Assembly (NCBI GenBank): GCA_963665235.2
Contig: CAXXLX010000001.1
Coordinates: forward strand, 640,001 to 704,000
Source of the DNA: Candidatus Poribacteria bacterium
GTDB taxonomy: Bacteria > Poribacteria > WGA-4E > WGA-3G
DNA length: 64,000 bases
Direction: 5' to 3'
Positions 28,809-37,328 of this stretch are shown piece by piece; position 1 is the first letter of the stretch, and each line of letters starts with the position of its first letter. Position numbers and translations under genes: made by a program. The notes below the pieces were generated by a model that saw nothing but the letters and a program-made list of their open reading frames with translations, was not told where the DNA came from and did not search any database.

Positions 28809-29891
28809 ATGGAAATAGAAAAAAAAGAGACCAAACGGCAGCGGTTGCCAATTATCGACTGTGATATACATAACACACTTGCTTCAGAGACAGTGTTATA
28901 TCCCTATTTCTCCGAGCGTTGGCGTAAACATCATGGTATGGTGGGCACTCCCGAACGTATCGGTTCGTATATTCCACGCGCCTATTTGCACGCCGCACGT
29001 CAGGATGCCTGGACACCCTCCGGACAACGCCCAGGGTCCGACCTGGACTTTCTACGGAAGCAGCTGCTGGATGCATACAACATTGAATACGGTATTTTGA
29101 ACTGCTTGACCCCCGTTTGTGAGATGCCGAATCTTGAATATGCGGCAGCCTGGGCCCGGGCTGTGAACGACTGGCAAATCGCTGAATGGCTTGAACCGGA
29201 ACCGAGACTCCGTGCTTCACTCATCGTCGTATCCGATGACACAGAATTCGCAATTCAAGAAATCGCTCGACTCGCGAACCATCCGGGGTTCGTGCAGGTC
29301 CTAGTGCTTGCTCGGACATTGGAACCCCTCGGACGCCGCAGGTATTGGAAGCTATACGAGACACTCGTGGAATACGACCTTCCGCTCGCGATTCACTTCA
29401 CCGGAGTCGGCGCAGGCCCCATTACTGCTGTTGGCCGACCGTCACACTATATAGAGGACCACGCAGGAATGACGCAGGCATTTCAGACACAGGTGACCAG
29501 CCTCGTCTGCGAAGGTGTTCTCGAACGTTTTCCAGCACTTAAGGTGGTTTTAATTGAGGGGGGTTTCGCTTGGATACCCCCGCTGATGTGGCGACTCGAC
29601 CGAGCATGGAAAAAACTCCGGGCTGAAGTACCAACCCTGAAAAGATTGCCCTCTGATTACATCCGGTCGAATTTCTACATTACAACGCAACCGATTGAAG
29701 AACCGCCGAAAGAGGAATACTTTCACCAGCTGCTCGCGCAACTAGACCTGAATGATAGGTTGATGTTCGCAACCGATTATCCGCATTGGGATTTTGATTC
29801 TCCTGAGCATGCACTCCCGAAAAGTCTTGAGCCGGAGCTCAAGCGGAAAATCATGGCAGACAATGCACGCACCCTGTACCAATTTAATTAA
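28809..29891 (+). CDS. Amidohydrolase family 2 protein (paralog)
   Basis: IDCDIH, EGGFAW and FATDYPHWDFD motifs. Confidence 0.9.
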   Translation: MEIEKKETKRQRLPIIDCDIHNTLASETVLYPYFSERWRKHHGMVGTPERIGSYIPRAYLHAARQDAWTPSGQRPGSDLDFLRKQLLDAYNIEYGILNCLTPVCEMPNLEYAAAWARAVNDWQIAEWLEPEPRLRASLIVVSDDTEFAIQEIARLANHPGFVQVLVLARTLEPLGRRRYWKLYETLVEYDLPLAIHFTGVGAGPITAVGRPSHYIEDHAGMTQAFQTQVTSLVCEGVLERFPALKVVLIEGGFAWIPPLMWRLDRAWKKLRAEVPTLKRLPSDYIRSNFYITTQPIEEPPKEEYFHQLLAQLDLNDRLMFATDYPHWDFDSPEHALPKSLEPELKRKIMADNARTLYQFN

Positions 29892-29937
29892 TAATCATCA
29901 AAGGTTTCTTACGTATTTACAAAAGGAGAAGAAAAAG

Positions 29938-30429
29938 ATGTCCGAAACGAAAAATACAAAGGAATTAACGCCTTGCTACTTCAACCCGGTGAAGGTGAAA
30001 TTAGAATATATGGACGAATGCCTTGAGCAATTGCGTAATGGGCTCCCGCCGAACAAGGAGGCTTACATAAACGCTGAACGTCTAACACACTCCTTTATCA
30101 CAAGCTGTGTTCTGATGATTGTGCAACGGTGCGTAGATATCAATAATACCATCATAGAATTTACCGGGGGAACCCCGCCTCTCCTAAAACATCAAGGGTT
30201 TTACTTCATGCAAGAGAGGGGCGTAATTGATACGGAAACGCTCAATTTTTTTGAGCATGCCGTCGCCTGTTACCAGAAAATCGCTAACCCTTATGAAATA
30301 TTTCCAGCGGACGAGCTTTACGAAATAGCGGTACTTTTGCTGAAACACGGTGAAGCCTATACGCGCCAGATTCAGGTTTTTTTTCAAAACAGCGAGCTAG
30401 TGCTAAGCCCCGAAGACACCTTGAATTAA
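29938..30429 (+). CDS. DUF86/HepT-like HEPN protein with degenerate active site
   Basis: IVQRCVDINNTII...PP...GF..M..GVID..T pattern of DUF86; the RX4H position reads YQKIAN; AGGAG RBS. Confidence 0.55.
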   Translation: MSETKNTKELTPCYFNPVKVKLEYMDECLEQLRNGLPPNKEAYINAERLTHSFITSCVLMIVQRCVDINNTIIEFTGGTPPLLKHQGFYFMQERGVIDTETLNFFEHAVACYQKIANPYEIFPADELYEIAVLLLKHGEAYTRQIQVFFQNSELVLSPEDTLN

Positions 30430-30584
30430 GCAGGAGGGAGGTTTCTAGCAGATTATAGGGGTGTAAGAATCAGCTTCTTGTGATAGGTGTTTAAAGTTTT
30501 TGTCAAACGGAACTGTGATAAGTATCCGGAGGAGGCTTCTAGATTCGCTCTTTGAATTTTTTCGATTTACACTCACATAAGTCG

Positions 30585-31682
30585 TTAGATACTATACGAA
30601 AGGCCATCCGTATTAGATTCCGCATGTGCTTTAAGGGTTCGCCTATCGATACCTAAGGAGGCCGCGGCCTTAGCTAATGTTGGATGTTTCGCCATGCGTG
30701 CTTGCACCACTTGACGTTGAACGTCGCGTAAGCTCATATTTTCCGCGCAGAATATCTCCGTTTCAAGTGAGCGCGGGAGACTTTTTAAGCATGTGCGTAT
30801 GATTCCATACTGAGTCTCTGCCGGAAGTGCTTTCAATTGCGAAATCAACTCCACAACAGATATTGAATGTGAAGGTGTCTGCTTTCTCAAAGGCTGCTGC
30901 GAATTGTGTTCAACTGAAAAGTTATGTGGAAAATCCGCAAGTTCAAGTGTATCAGCGGTTGTATGTGCAATAGCCACTCGAATCGTGTTTCGCAGCTGGC
31001 GGATGTTGCCTGGCCACCTTGCCTGTTCAAGACGCGCGAGTGCTTCAGGCGTAAACCCCTTAATAGTTTTGCGTCGTCCAACGTTATGTTCGGCGATAAA
31101 AAGGTTCACCAAAGGCGCGATATCTTCCGTTCGCTCCCGAAGTGGTGGAATCTTGAGCACCACACCGCTGAGGCGGTAGTAGAGATCCACTCTAAATTTC
31201 TGTTCCGCGATTGCTGTATCAACGTCTATGTTTGTCGCTGCGATAATTTGAACATCGGATGTCAAGACCTGATTGCCACCGAGGCGCGTGAATTTATTTG
31301 TGTCCAAGAAGCGGAGAAACATCTTCTGGGCATCGAGGGACATTTCTGTAATTTCATCTAAAAAGAGGGTGCTCCGATTTGCCTCCTCAAATGTCCCACG
31401 CCGCTGTTGGTCCGCACCGGTAAAAGCCCCCTTTTCATGACCAAACAGCTCACTTTGCAAGAGCTCAGCGGAGAATCTACCACAATTGATGGCTACAAGT
31501 GGTTTGTCTCGTCTTAAACTATTGGCGTGAATATATTCCACAATACCTTCTTTACCAACACCGGTCTCGCCGATAATGAAGAACGGCATCTCAATATTTG
31601 ACGCGTGCACTTGTTGAACCTCGTCATAAATTGCCTGCATTGGTGCTGATGGTAATTCGATAAATGTTGGTGGTTTTTTCAT
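30585..31682 (-). CDS. sigma54-dependent enhancer-binding protein lacking an N-terminal sensor domain
   Basis: GETGVGKE, ELFGHEKGAFTGA, LFLDEI, FRVDLYYRL, WPGNIRQL and a C-terminal Fis HTH; the AAA domain starts almost at the N-terminus. Confidence 0.92.
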   Translation of the reverse strand: MKKPPTFIELPSAPMQAIYDEVQQVHASNIEMPFFIIGETGVGKEGIVEYIHANSLRRDKPLVAINCGRFSAELLQSELFGHEKGAFTGADQQRRGTFEEANRSTLFLDEITEMSLDAQKMFLRFLDTNKFTRLGGNQVLTSDVQIIAATNIDVDTAIAEQKFRVDLYYRLSGVVLKIPPLRERTEDIAPLVNLFIAEHNVGRRKTIKGFTPEALARLEQARWPGNIRQLRNTIRVAIAHTTADTLELADFPHNFSVEHNSQQPLRKQTPSHSISVVELISQLKALPAETQYGIIRTCLKSLPRSLETEIFCAENMSLRDVQRQVVQARMAKHPTLAKAAASLGIDRRTLKAHAESNTDGLSYSI

Positions 31683-31784
31683 AACAACCTCCTTTTTTGC
31701 AAAAAATGATACCAAAATCCATTTTTTGAGTCAAGAAAAATTTTAATGTCCACAACCCCTGTCACCTCCAAAATTATCCCATAA

Positions 31785-31838
31785 GGCAATTTCTGCTGCG
31801 GATAACGACAATTTCTGCCGCCGATAGCGACAATTTGT
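31785..31838. promoter_or_regulatory. Candidate upstream activator sequences (3 direct repeats, 22-bp period)
   Basis: CAATTT cores at 31787, 31809 and 31831 within G(G/A)CAATTTCTGCYGCSGATARC units, about 200 bp upstream of the sigma54 promoter. Confidence 0.55.
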
Positions 31839-32021
31839 GTATACCGTGTATTGCAAACAGATGTCGTGTCTTCAGCACATCGAGTTTTTTGAAATAAATT
31901 TATGTTTTAGGCATCCTATGGTTAACCGCTTTGTAGACGTGCGTTTTGGAGGTATACCCGTGAGAAAAATCGTTATGGCATCAGCGGTTTTGATACGGAC
32001 CGCCTGTCTGAGTATGGGAGT

Positions 32022-32037
32022 TGGCACGAAATTTGCT
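32022..32037 (+). promoter_or_regulatory. sigma54 (-24/-12) promoter
   Basis: TGGCACGAAATTTGCT is an exact match to TGGCACG-N4-TTGCW and is divergent from the activator gene. Confidence 0.88.
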
Positions 32038-32201
32038 ACTAATATCTAAAGTAGCAACCCGCTCCGGTTTTAGTGGGTTGTAGGAGGATGTTTGAAATCT
32101 ACGCGATATCAAAGATGTTTCTCAAGAGATAGTCCTTGTGATTGCGAAACATTTTCACAAGCTCACCCTGTGAAACATCTGAAAACGAAAGAGGTTCTAA
32201 A

Positions 32202-32978
32202 ATGTTACGCGAATATTTTACAAATAGGTGGACTATAGGTGGTTTCTTATTGCTTCTGCTTTTCGCGGTGTTTTGCCATCTCTGGCTTCGGCAGGAGACT
32301 GCGAAACTCCAAAAACAGGAGGCGGAAAACGCAGAGGGACACCGCCAATTGATAGATTCCGAAAAAGTGGATACTAACAGCAAGGTGGAACAACAAGCAG
32401 GCGATGCTCCCGTAGAAAGCATCACGTCCCCCTCGGGGAAAACAGCCGAAAGAATCGAGGCCGTATCGGAAACCGGCACTACCCCCAACGCGGCAGAGGA
32501 TACCGTTTCCACAGTCACATCGGAAACGGAAAACACAACTGGCCGGGTTTCCCCCTACGGATTCGGGCCCTACCCTGAAATTCCACCCGGCTATCCAGAC
32601 CCGAATATCTTTGATAAACCGAGGTCCTCTATAACGTACGAATTAATGATGCGCGTTGATGTTAAGTTATGGCAACAAGGTATACGCACCGAGGGCATAG
32701 GGATTAGTTATAAAACCGGACTAGTTTATCCGACCATCCCAGGGACTATTTATGTCACTTGGACAGATTTCCGCATGCCGAATGGCAGTGTGACACGAGT
32801 CGCTGGAAGTATAAGCGGACATTCAGACACGGTGGATGCCTTACCTCGGCGTGGTTTACCCGGAATTCCTTCGAGTCCCTCAAACTTTGTATTTGAAAGT
32901 GATATTCCATCACATATCAGAATTCTAGAAGACTCTGAGGGCATAGACCCTTACGAGTTCCTAAACTTAAAGGAGTAA
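32202..32978 (+). CDS. Membrane-anchored hypothetical protein
   Basis: N-terminal TM, T/E/S-rich linker and C-terminal domain (VSPYGFGPYPEIP...GIDPYEFL); GAGG RBS. Confidence 0.8.
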   Translation: MLREYFTNRWTIGGFLLLLLFAVFCHLWLRQETAKLQKQEAENAEGHRQLIDSEKVDTNSKVEQQAGDAPVESITSPSGKTAERIEAVSETGTTPNAAEDTVSTVTSETENTTGRVSPYGFGPYPEIPPGYPDPNIFDKPRSSITYELMMRVDVKLWQQGIRTEGIGISYKTGLVYPTIPGTIYVTWTDFRMPNGSVTRVAGSISGHSDTVDALPRRGLPGIPSSPSNFVFESDIPSHIRILEDSEGIDPYEFLNLKE

Positions 32979-32983
32979 CCAAA

Positions 32984-33175
32984 GTAAAGATCACCCTGCT
33001 AAAGCATGGGTGCTTTGACATAGCGTAACCACACGTTCCCTGTCAAAGATTAAGTTCTTCACTACAGTAATATATCGGTATATCTGTGGTGGTGCACAAA
33101 GGTGTTTCGGATGCTCCCCAAGTCCGATGTAAACGCTGATATACCGATCTGGATGGGGAAATACAAACTCTACGG
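32984..33175 (+). ncRNA. omegaRNA scaffold of the IsrB element
   Basis: The 5' GTAAAGA can pair with TCTTCAC; blocks ACTACAGTAATATATCG, GATGCTCCCCAAGTC and GATCTGGATGGGGAAA are shared with the standalone element at 40877-41345. Confidence 0.75.
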
Positions 33176-33188
33176 AGAATTACAAACT

Positions 33189-34217
33189 ATGTTTGTTCCT
33201 GTCGTTGACAAAAACCAAAATCCACTGATGCCGACAAAGCCTTCGCGGGCAAGGAAGTGGATACGAGACAAGAAAGCCACACCGTTTTGGAAGAATGGCG
33301 TTTTTTGTGTGCGCCTTAACGCCGACCCTTCGGATAGATACTTCCAACAGATATGCGTAGGCGTAGACCCCGGCAGTAAGAAGGAAGGCTTTACCGTCAA
33401 GAGCGAGGCACATACCTACCTAAATGTGCAAGCAGACGCTCACAACAAGGTTGGAAAGAAAATCGAGAAGCGTCGGACGTTGCGGAGAAGCAGACGCACA
33501 CGGAAATGCCCGAATCGAAAAAAGAAGCAGCACAACCTGTCGAACCGGAAGCGTATCCCTGCAGGCACACGTGCAAGATGGGATTGGAAACTTCGCATAT
33601 TAGATTGGTTGTCTAAACTCTATCCTGTTACACACGTCTGTGTTGAGGATATTAAGGCGCGGACAAAACAGTATCAAAAGCAGTGGAATCAGGCCTTCAG
33701 TCCTTTGGAAGTGGGCAAGCATTGGTTCTATTCAGAGGTAGAAAAGCGATGGGAACTCCTGACGATACAAGGGTTTGAAACCAAAGAGATACGCGAGCGG
33801 CTTGGTCTCAACAAGTCGTCAAAGAAGTTAGCTGAAACCTTTGAGGCACATTGCGTTGATAGTTGGTGCTTGGCCTATCACACCGTTGGCGGTTTAGAGA
33901 TACCCGACAATACCGATATATTCTGTATCTCACCGATACCGATACGCAGGCGAGAACTCCACAGACAAAATCCGCAGAAAGGTGGCAATCGCCCGCGATA
34001 TGGTGGCACCTTATTAGGCGATGGACTTGTTAAAAACACATTAATAAAGCACAACAAATACGGATTAACACGCCTTGCGGGTGTTAATGCTAAAGGACTA
34101 TTCTCTGTCTATTCAAAAGATGGACACCGATTAACAACGGGGGCAAAACGCACGGATTTTCAAGTGCTAACACGCTTGAACTTCAACTATAAAGGCGGAT
34201 TTTCCTCCCCCGCATAA
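33189..34217 (+). CDS. isrB: IsrB RNA-guided nickase (PLMP and RRXRR, split RuvC, no HNH)
   Basis: PLMPT, GVDPGSK, RRSRR, CVEDI and HCVDS motifs; 342 aa with no CxxC/HNH insertion between RuvC-II and RuvC-III. Confidence 0.85.
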   Translation: MFVPVVDKNQNPLMPTKPSRARKWIRDKKATPFWKNGVFCVRLNADPSDRYFQQICVGVDPGSKKEGFTVKSEAHTYLNVQADAHNKVGKKIEKRRTLRRSRRTRKCPNRKKKQHNLSNRKRIPAGTRARWDWKLRILDWLSKLYPVTHVCVEDIKARTKQYQKQWNQAFSPLEVGKHWFYSEVEKRWELLTIQGFETKEIRERLGLNKSSKKLAETFEAHCVDSWCLAYHTVGGLEIPDNTDIFCISPIPIRRRELHRQNPQKGGNRPRYGGTLLGDGLVKNTLIKHNKYGLTRLAGVNAKGLFSVYSKDGHRLTTGAKRTDFQVLTRLNFNYKGGFSSPA

Positions 34218-34247
34218 ATGCTGGGGGTTTCCAATCCGAAGATTTTG

Positions 34248-34850
34248 ATGAAAAAGTTTTCTGTTTTATTAATCATCGCGATGACTTTTAGCATCACCCT
34301 AATCGGTTTTTCTAAGCGTGGTCCAGTTAATGGAAAATGGTACAACCGCGATAAAGATGTAGAAAAACGATGGACTGACCGTGAAACCGCTGACCCCGAG
34401 ATACCCGATTTCTATATAACGATTACAAGGGAAGGTGAAGATTCTGACGGGCCGGCGTTTAGTGAGAGTTATGCATCGGCTGATCAGCATCTGCTATATG
34501 CCTGGACATATATAGGTGCAAGAGGCTCTGCACCGCACGATGTATGGGAGTGGCGGGGGTCCGCATTCTTAGCTCATGATTGGGTTACAACGACCCCGGG
34601 ACCAAATCCTCATGCCGATTCAGGCGCTATTAAAGGGGACTTTACAAAAGAATTCAATGTGTATTTGAGAGAATTCGGTCACCTCCCACCTGAGGGCACT
34701 ATCTCTGATTGTCAGTCAGATGGTTGGGTAGCGTCAGACATAGCAAAGATCTCTCCCGAGGAACGTCATAGCACGTTAAGCCGAACGGATGATAACCATA
34801 GAGATATCTACATCAACGGGAAAAAACAGCAACCAGAGGATAACCCGTGA
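34248..34850 (+). CDS. Secreted hypothetical protein
   Basis: Signal peptide MKKFSVLLIIAMTFSITLIGFS; the ATG directly abuts the IsrB element end. Confidence 0.75.
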   Translation: MKKFSVLLIIAMTFSITLIGFSKRGPVNGKWYNRDKDVEKRWTDRETADPEIPDFYITITREGEDSDGPAFSESYASADQHLLYAWTYIGARGSAPHDVWEWRGSAFLAHDWVTTTPGPNPHADSGAIKGDFTKEFNVYLREFGHLPPEGTISDCQSDGWVASDIAKISPEERHSTLSRTDDNHRDIYINGKKQQPEDNP

Positions 34851-34874
34851 TGCAATCCAATTGACTGTAACGTT

Positions 34875-35049
34875 TGTATGCGCGCTTTGATGAAGTTTAA
34901 ATAAAATTTCGGTAATCGACAAGCAATAAATTGCCGGACTACAAACAAACGCGTTCAGTATTCGGGCAAGCAGCCCGCTCCTCTGGGCGATTTATTACCC
35001 GTTCCGAAAGGACCGAATTTAAAAATTAATCTTCATAAGCGCGCATACA
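34875..35049. mobile_element. MITE-like element with internal REP fragments
   Basis: Imperfect TIRs TGTATGCGCGCTTTGATGAAG...TTCGGT and ACCGAA...CTTCATAAGCGCGCATACA; REP-like cargo at about 34920-35003. Confidence 0.65.
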
Positions 35050-35133
35050 TATTGGATTAAGACGTCAGATCCCTCCGTTCTATCACCTTCCATAACCGCT
35101 TCTCCTGCTGGCACTGGCGAGAGAAATAGGGGC

Positions 35134-35922
35134 TTAATTGAATTCAATCATTCCGCCTGTGCCTTTGAGTATGATATCAGGCTTCAGCATAATCTGATCT
35201 TCGTCGGCCCGTATAGCTCCGGTTTGATTGGTTCCGTTTTTATCGAGCAGATATGCAATTCGGCGTGGTAAGAGTCTGCCCAAATCGGCCTCCATTTCAA
35301 CCGGTTCCTTGAAAATGATTTGTCCACTCTGCTGTGTTTGATAAGCGAACCAATATTTCAGGTATTTTCGAATGGGGTTGCTATAAAGGAGCTCACCAGA
35401 TGCCGCCTCAATAACTTTGATACGAACTTTGCCTAATGCGGTTTGACGGCTTCGGAGATAAAAAGTTCCCCCTCTCGCAGCTGTGGATTGTCGGCCGTGT
35501 CGGATGAGACGTTCGTCAAAATCCTTTTTATCCAATTTAGCTTTAGAGACGCCTCCCAAAATGATCATGTCCGCTTCAAAAGCCTGTCCGACTTTAGCGG
35601 CTAACGCTGCATCTTCATAAATATCGCTTAGCGTTAATCCAAGCTCTTCAAGTTTAGCACTTACCGGGCGAACCTTGTCGGATTCATCATGAATCCATTC
35701 CATCTCCTTCTCATAAAGAAGTTTAAGATGATTGGCTAAATTGATACTAAGATTTTTACTCAGTGCTCCCGCTTCTTCTACCTCAGGGAGGAATGGTGCT
35801 ACGACAACCCGTTTGGCTTCGACAATAGGGGGTGGCGTGTCAATATTAATCTCCCCGCCCCCAAAGCATCCGGGCATTGTCATGAGGAAAATAGGTATTA
35901 ATAGAAAACTAAAAAAACGCAT
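35134..35922 (-). CDS. Lipoprotein, CsgG/TolB-N-like fold suspected
   Basis: Signal peptide ending MPGC; VVVAPF, AAKVGQAFEADMIILG and VRIKVIEAASGELLY segments; alternative start at 35961. Confidence 0.65.
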   Translation of the reverse strand: MRFFSFLLIPIFLMTMPGCFGGGEINIDTPPPIVEAKRVVVAPFLPEVEEAGALSKNLSINLANHLKLLYEKEMEWIHDESDKVRPVSAKLEELGLTLSDIYEDAALAAKVGQAFEADMIILGGVSKAKLDKKDFDERLIRHGRQSTAARGGTFYLRSRQTALGKVRIKVIEAASGELLYSNPIRKYLKYWFAYQTQQSGQIIFKEPVEMEADLGRLLPRRIAYLLDKNGTNQTGAIRADEDQIMLKPDIILKGTGGMIEFN

Positions 35923-36290
35923 AATAGAGATATGCCTCCTCAAATTAAATTTTTGAATCATGGGGCCTCTGCTCCATGTCCGCCTGCTGCAGGCGAAATC
36001 AACGCCATAAGCGCGTGTGACATTCGGTTTCCCAAATCAATGCAAACGTGCATGTGGCATTTGTCGGGTTTGTTATTAAGTTAGCTCAAGATTTTAATAG
36101 GGACGTTGATATATTCCTTGCACATTCCACCCATTCCAAAAAGTTTATCATAAATTAGAAAAAAGGTCAAGAAACAATTGCAGGTTGTGATTCGCTACTG
36201 AACATAGTGCAGCACGCCAATGCCTATTTGTAAACGCGCTGCATGTTCAGGAAACGCGATAAATCAGGCTGCTGATTGCCATCCGCTATT

Positions 36291-37265
36291 TTATGCAACC
36301 GCTAAAGCTCGGACTTCCCCGAATTCATGTGCTAACTTCTGCCAAGACTCCCCATTATCTTCACTAAGGAAAAGTTGCCCACTAACGCTACACGCTATCA
36401 GTACACCATCAATCCGTGGATTATAGCCGAAACACCAAATTGTGCTATTCGCTGTGCATCCAATATCTGAGCGAGCCCACTGAATTGCTGTAGCGTTCTG
36501 TGCTGCATCTTCCATATAAAAGATACCGCCCTGGTCGCCGGGAGGTCCGTTGCCTGCCCCGATAAAGACTTTGGCAGTGTCGCCATTCAAATAGAACGCT
36601 GCGCGGCAGTAGGGCCATGGAAAGTGTTCGCGTACCTTTAAAGGTGTCCAATTGTGCATGTCCGTGGTAATACAGACATCGTTATTTGTGGCAGCAACGA
36701 GGGTTTTTTGGGTACCGGGGACTACCGTCAGTCCATGTATATCCAAGCTGCTCAACCCTTCGCTTCGGTTGTCCCATGTTTTTCCGCCATCGGTGCTAAG
36801 CCGCATTCCATCAATTTCAATTCCAGCATAGACAGTTTCAGGGTCTTCAGGGTCAATAACGATAGTTGTTACACGTGGAATGATGGGAATACCTTCGCAT
36901 TCTTGTGCAAGTTCTGCGGCGAGTTGTGTCCAGGTTTTCCCCCCATCGGTTGATTTGAAAAAAGCAGATGGACACGTTCCGGCATAGAGGGTTTCCGGTG
37001 CAGTCGGATGAATTGCAAGTGCCCAGACTTCGAGGTTATCCAATTCACTATGCAAATGTTGCCAGGTATCGCCACCATTTGTGGTTTTGACAACGCCTTT
37101 TTCAGTCCCAGCATAGAGCGTTTTTGCATCTGTTGGATGTACAACGATTGCGCGGATATCGGCTTCAGGAAAAATACCGTCACTGGCGCGATGCCAGGTT
37201 TTACCGACATCGGTGCTTCGCCAGATGCTCTGTCCAATTGTTCCGGCATAAAGTGTATTTGGCAT
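36291..37265 (-). CDS. BNR/Asp-box beta-propeller protein
   Basis: Repeated SxDGGxTW motifs (STDVGKTW, STDGGKTW, SEDNGESW). Confidence 0.88.
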   Translation of the reverse strand: MPNTLYAGTIGQSIWRSTDVGKTWHRASDGIFPEADIRAIVVHPTDAKTLYAGTEKGVVKTTNGGDTWQHLHSELDNLEVWALAIHPTAPETLYAGTCPSAFFKSTDGGKTWTQLAAELAQECEGIPIIPRVTTIVIDPEDPETVYAGIEIDGMRLSTDGGKTWDNRSEGLSSLDIHGLTVVPGTQKTLVAATNNDVCITTDMHNWTPLKVREHFPWPYCRAAFYLNGDTAKVFIGAGNGPPGDQGGIFYMEDAAQNATAIQWARSDIGCTANSTIWCFGYNPRIDGVLIACSVSGQLFLSEDNGESWQKLAHEFGEVRALAVA

Positions 37266-37328
37266 GTCAGCCTCCTTTTACTTCCTTATGTGCTCCCGCC
37301 ATCGGGAGGGATATAGGTGAGTTATCTA

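Larger units (their letters stand above)
32984..34247 (+). mobile_element. IsrB-encoding IS200/IS605 (OMEGA) element
   Basis: Left hairpin CACCCTGCTAAAGCATGGGTG; right hairpin CCCCCGCATAAATGCTGGGGG...CCGAAGATTTTG followed by ATGA. Confidence 0.85.

Noticed and set aside
33189-34217. Calling this gene IscB or an HNH endonuclease
   Set aside because: There is no CxxC/HNH segment between RuvC-II and RuvC-III and the length fits IsrB.
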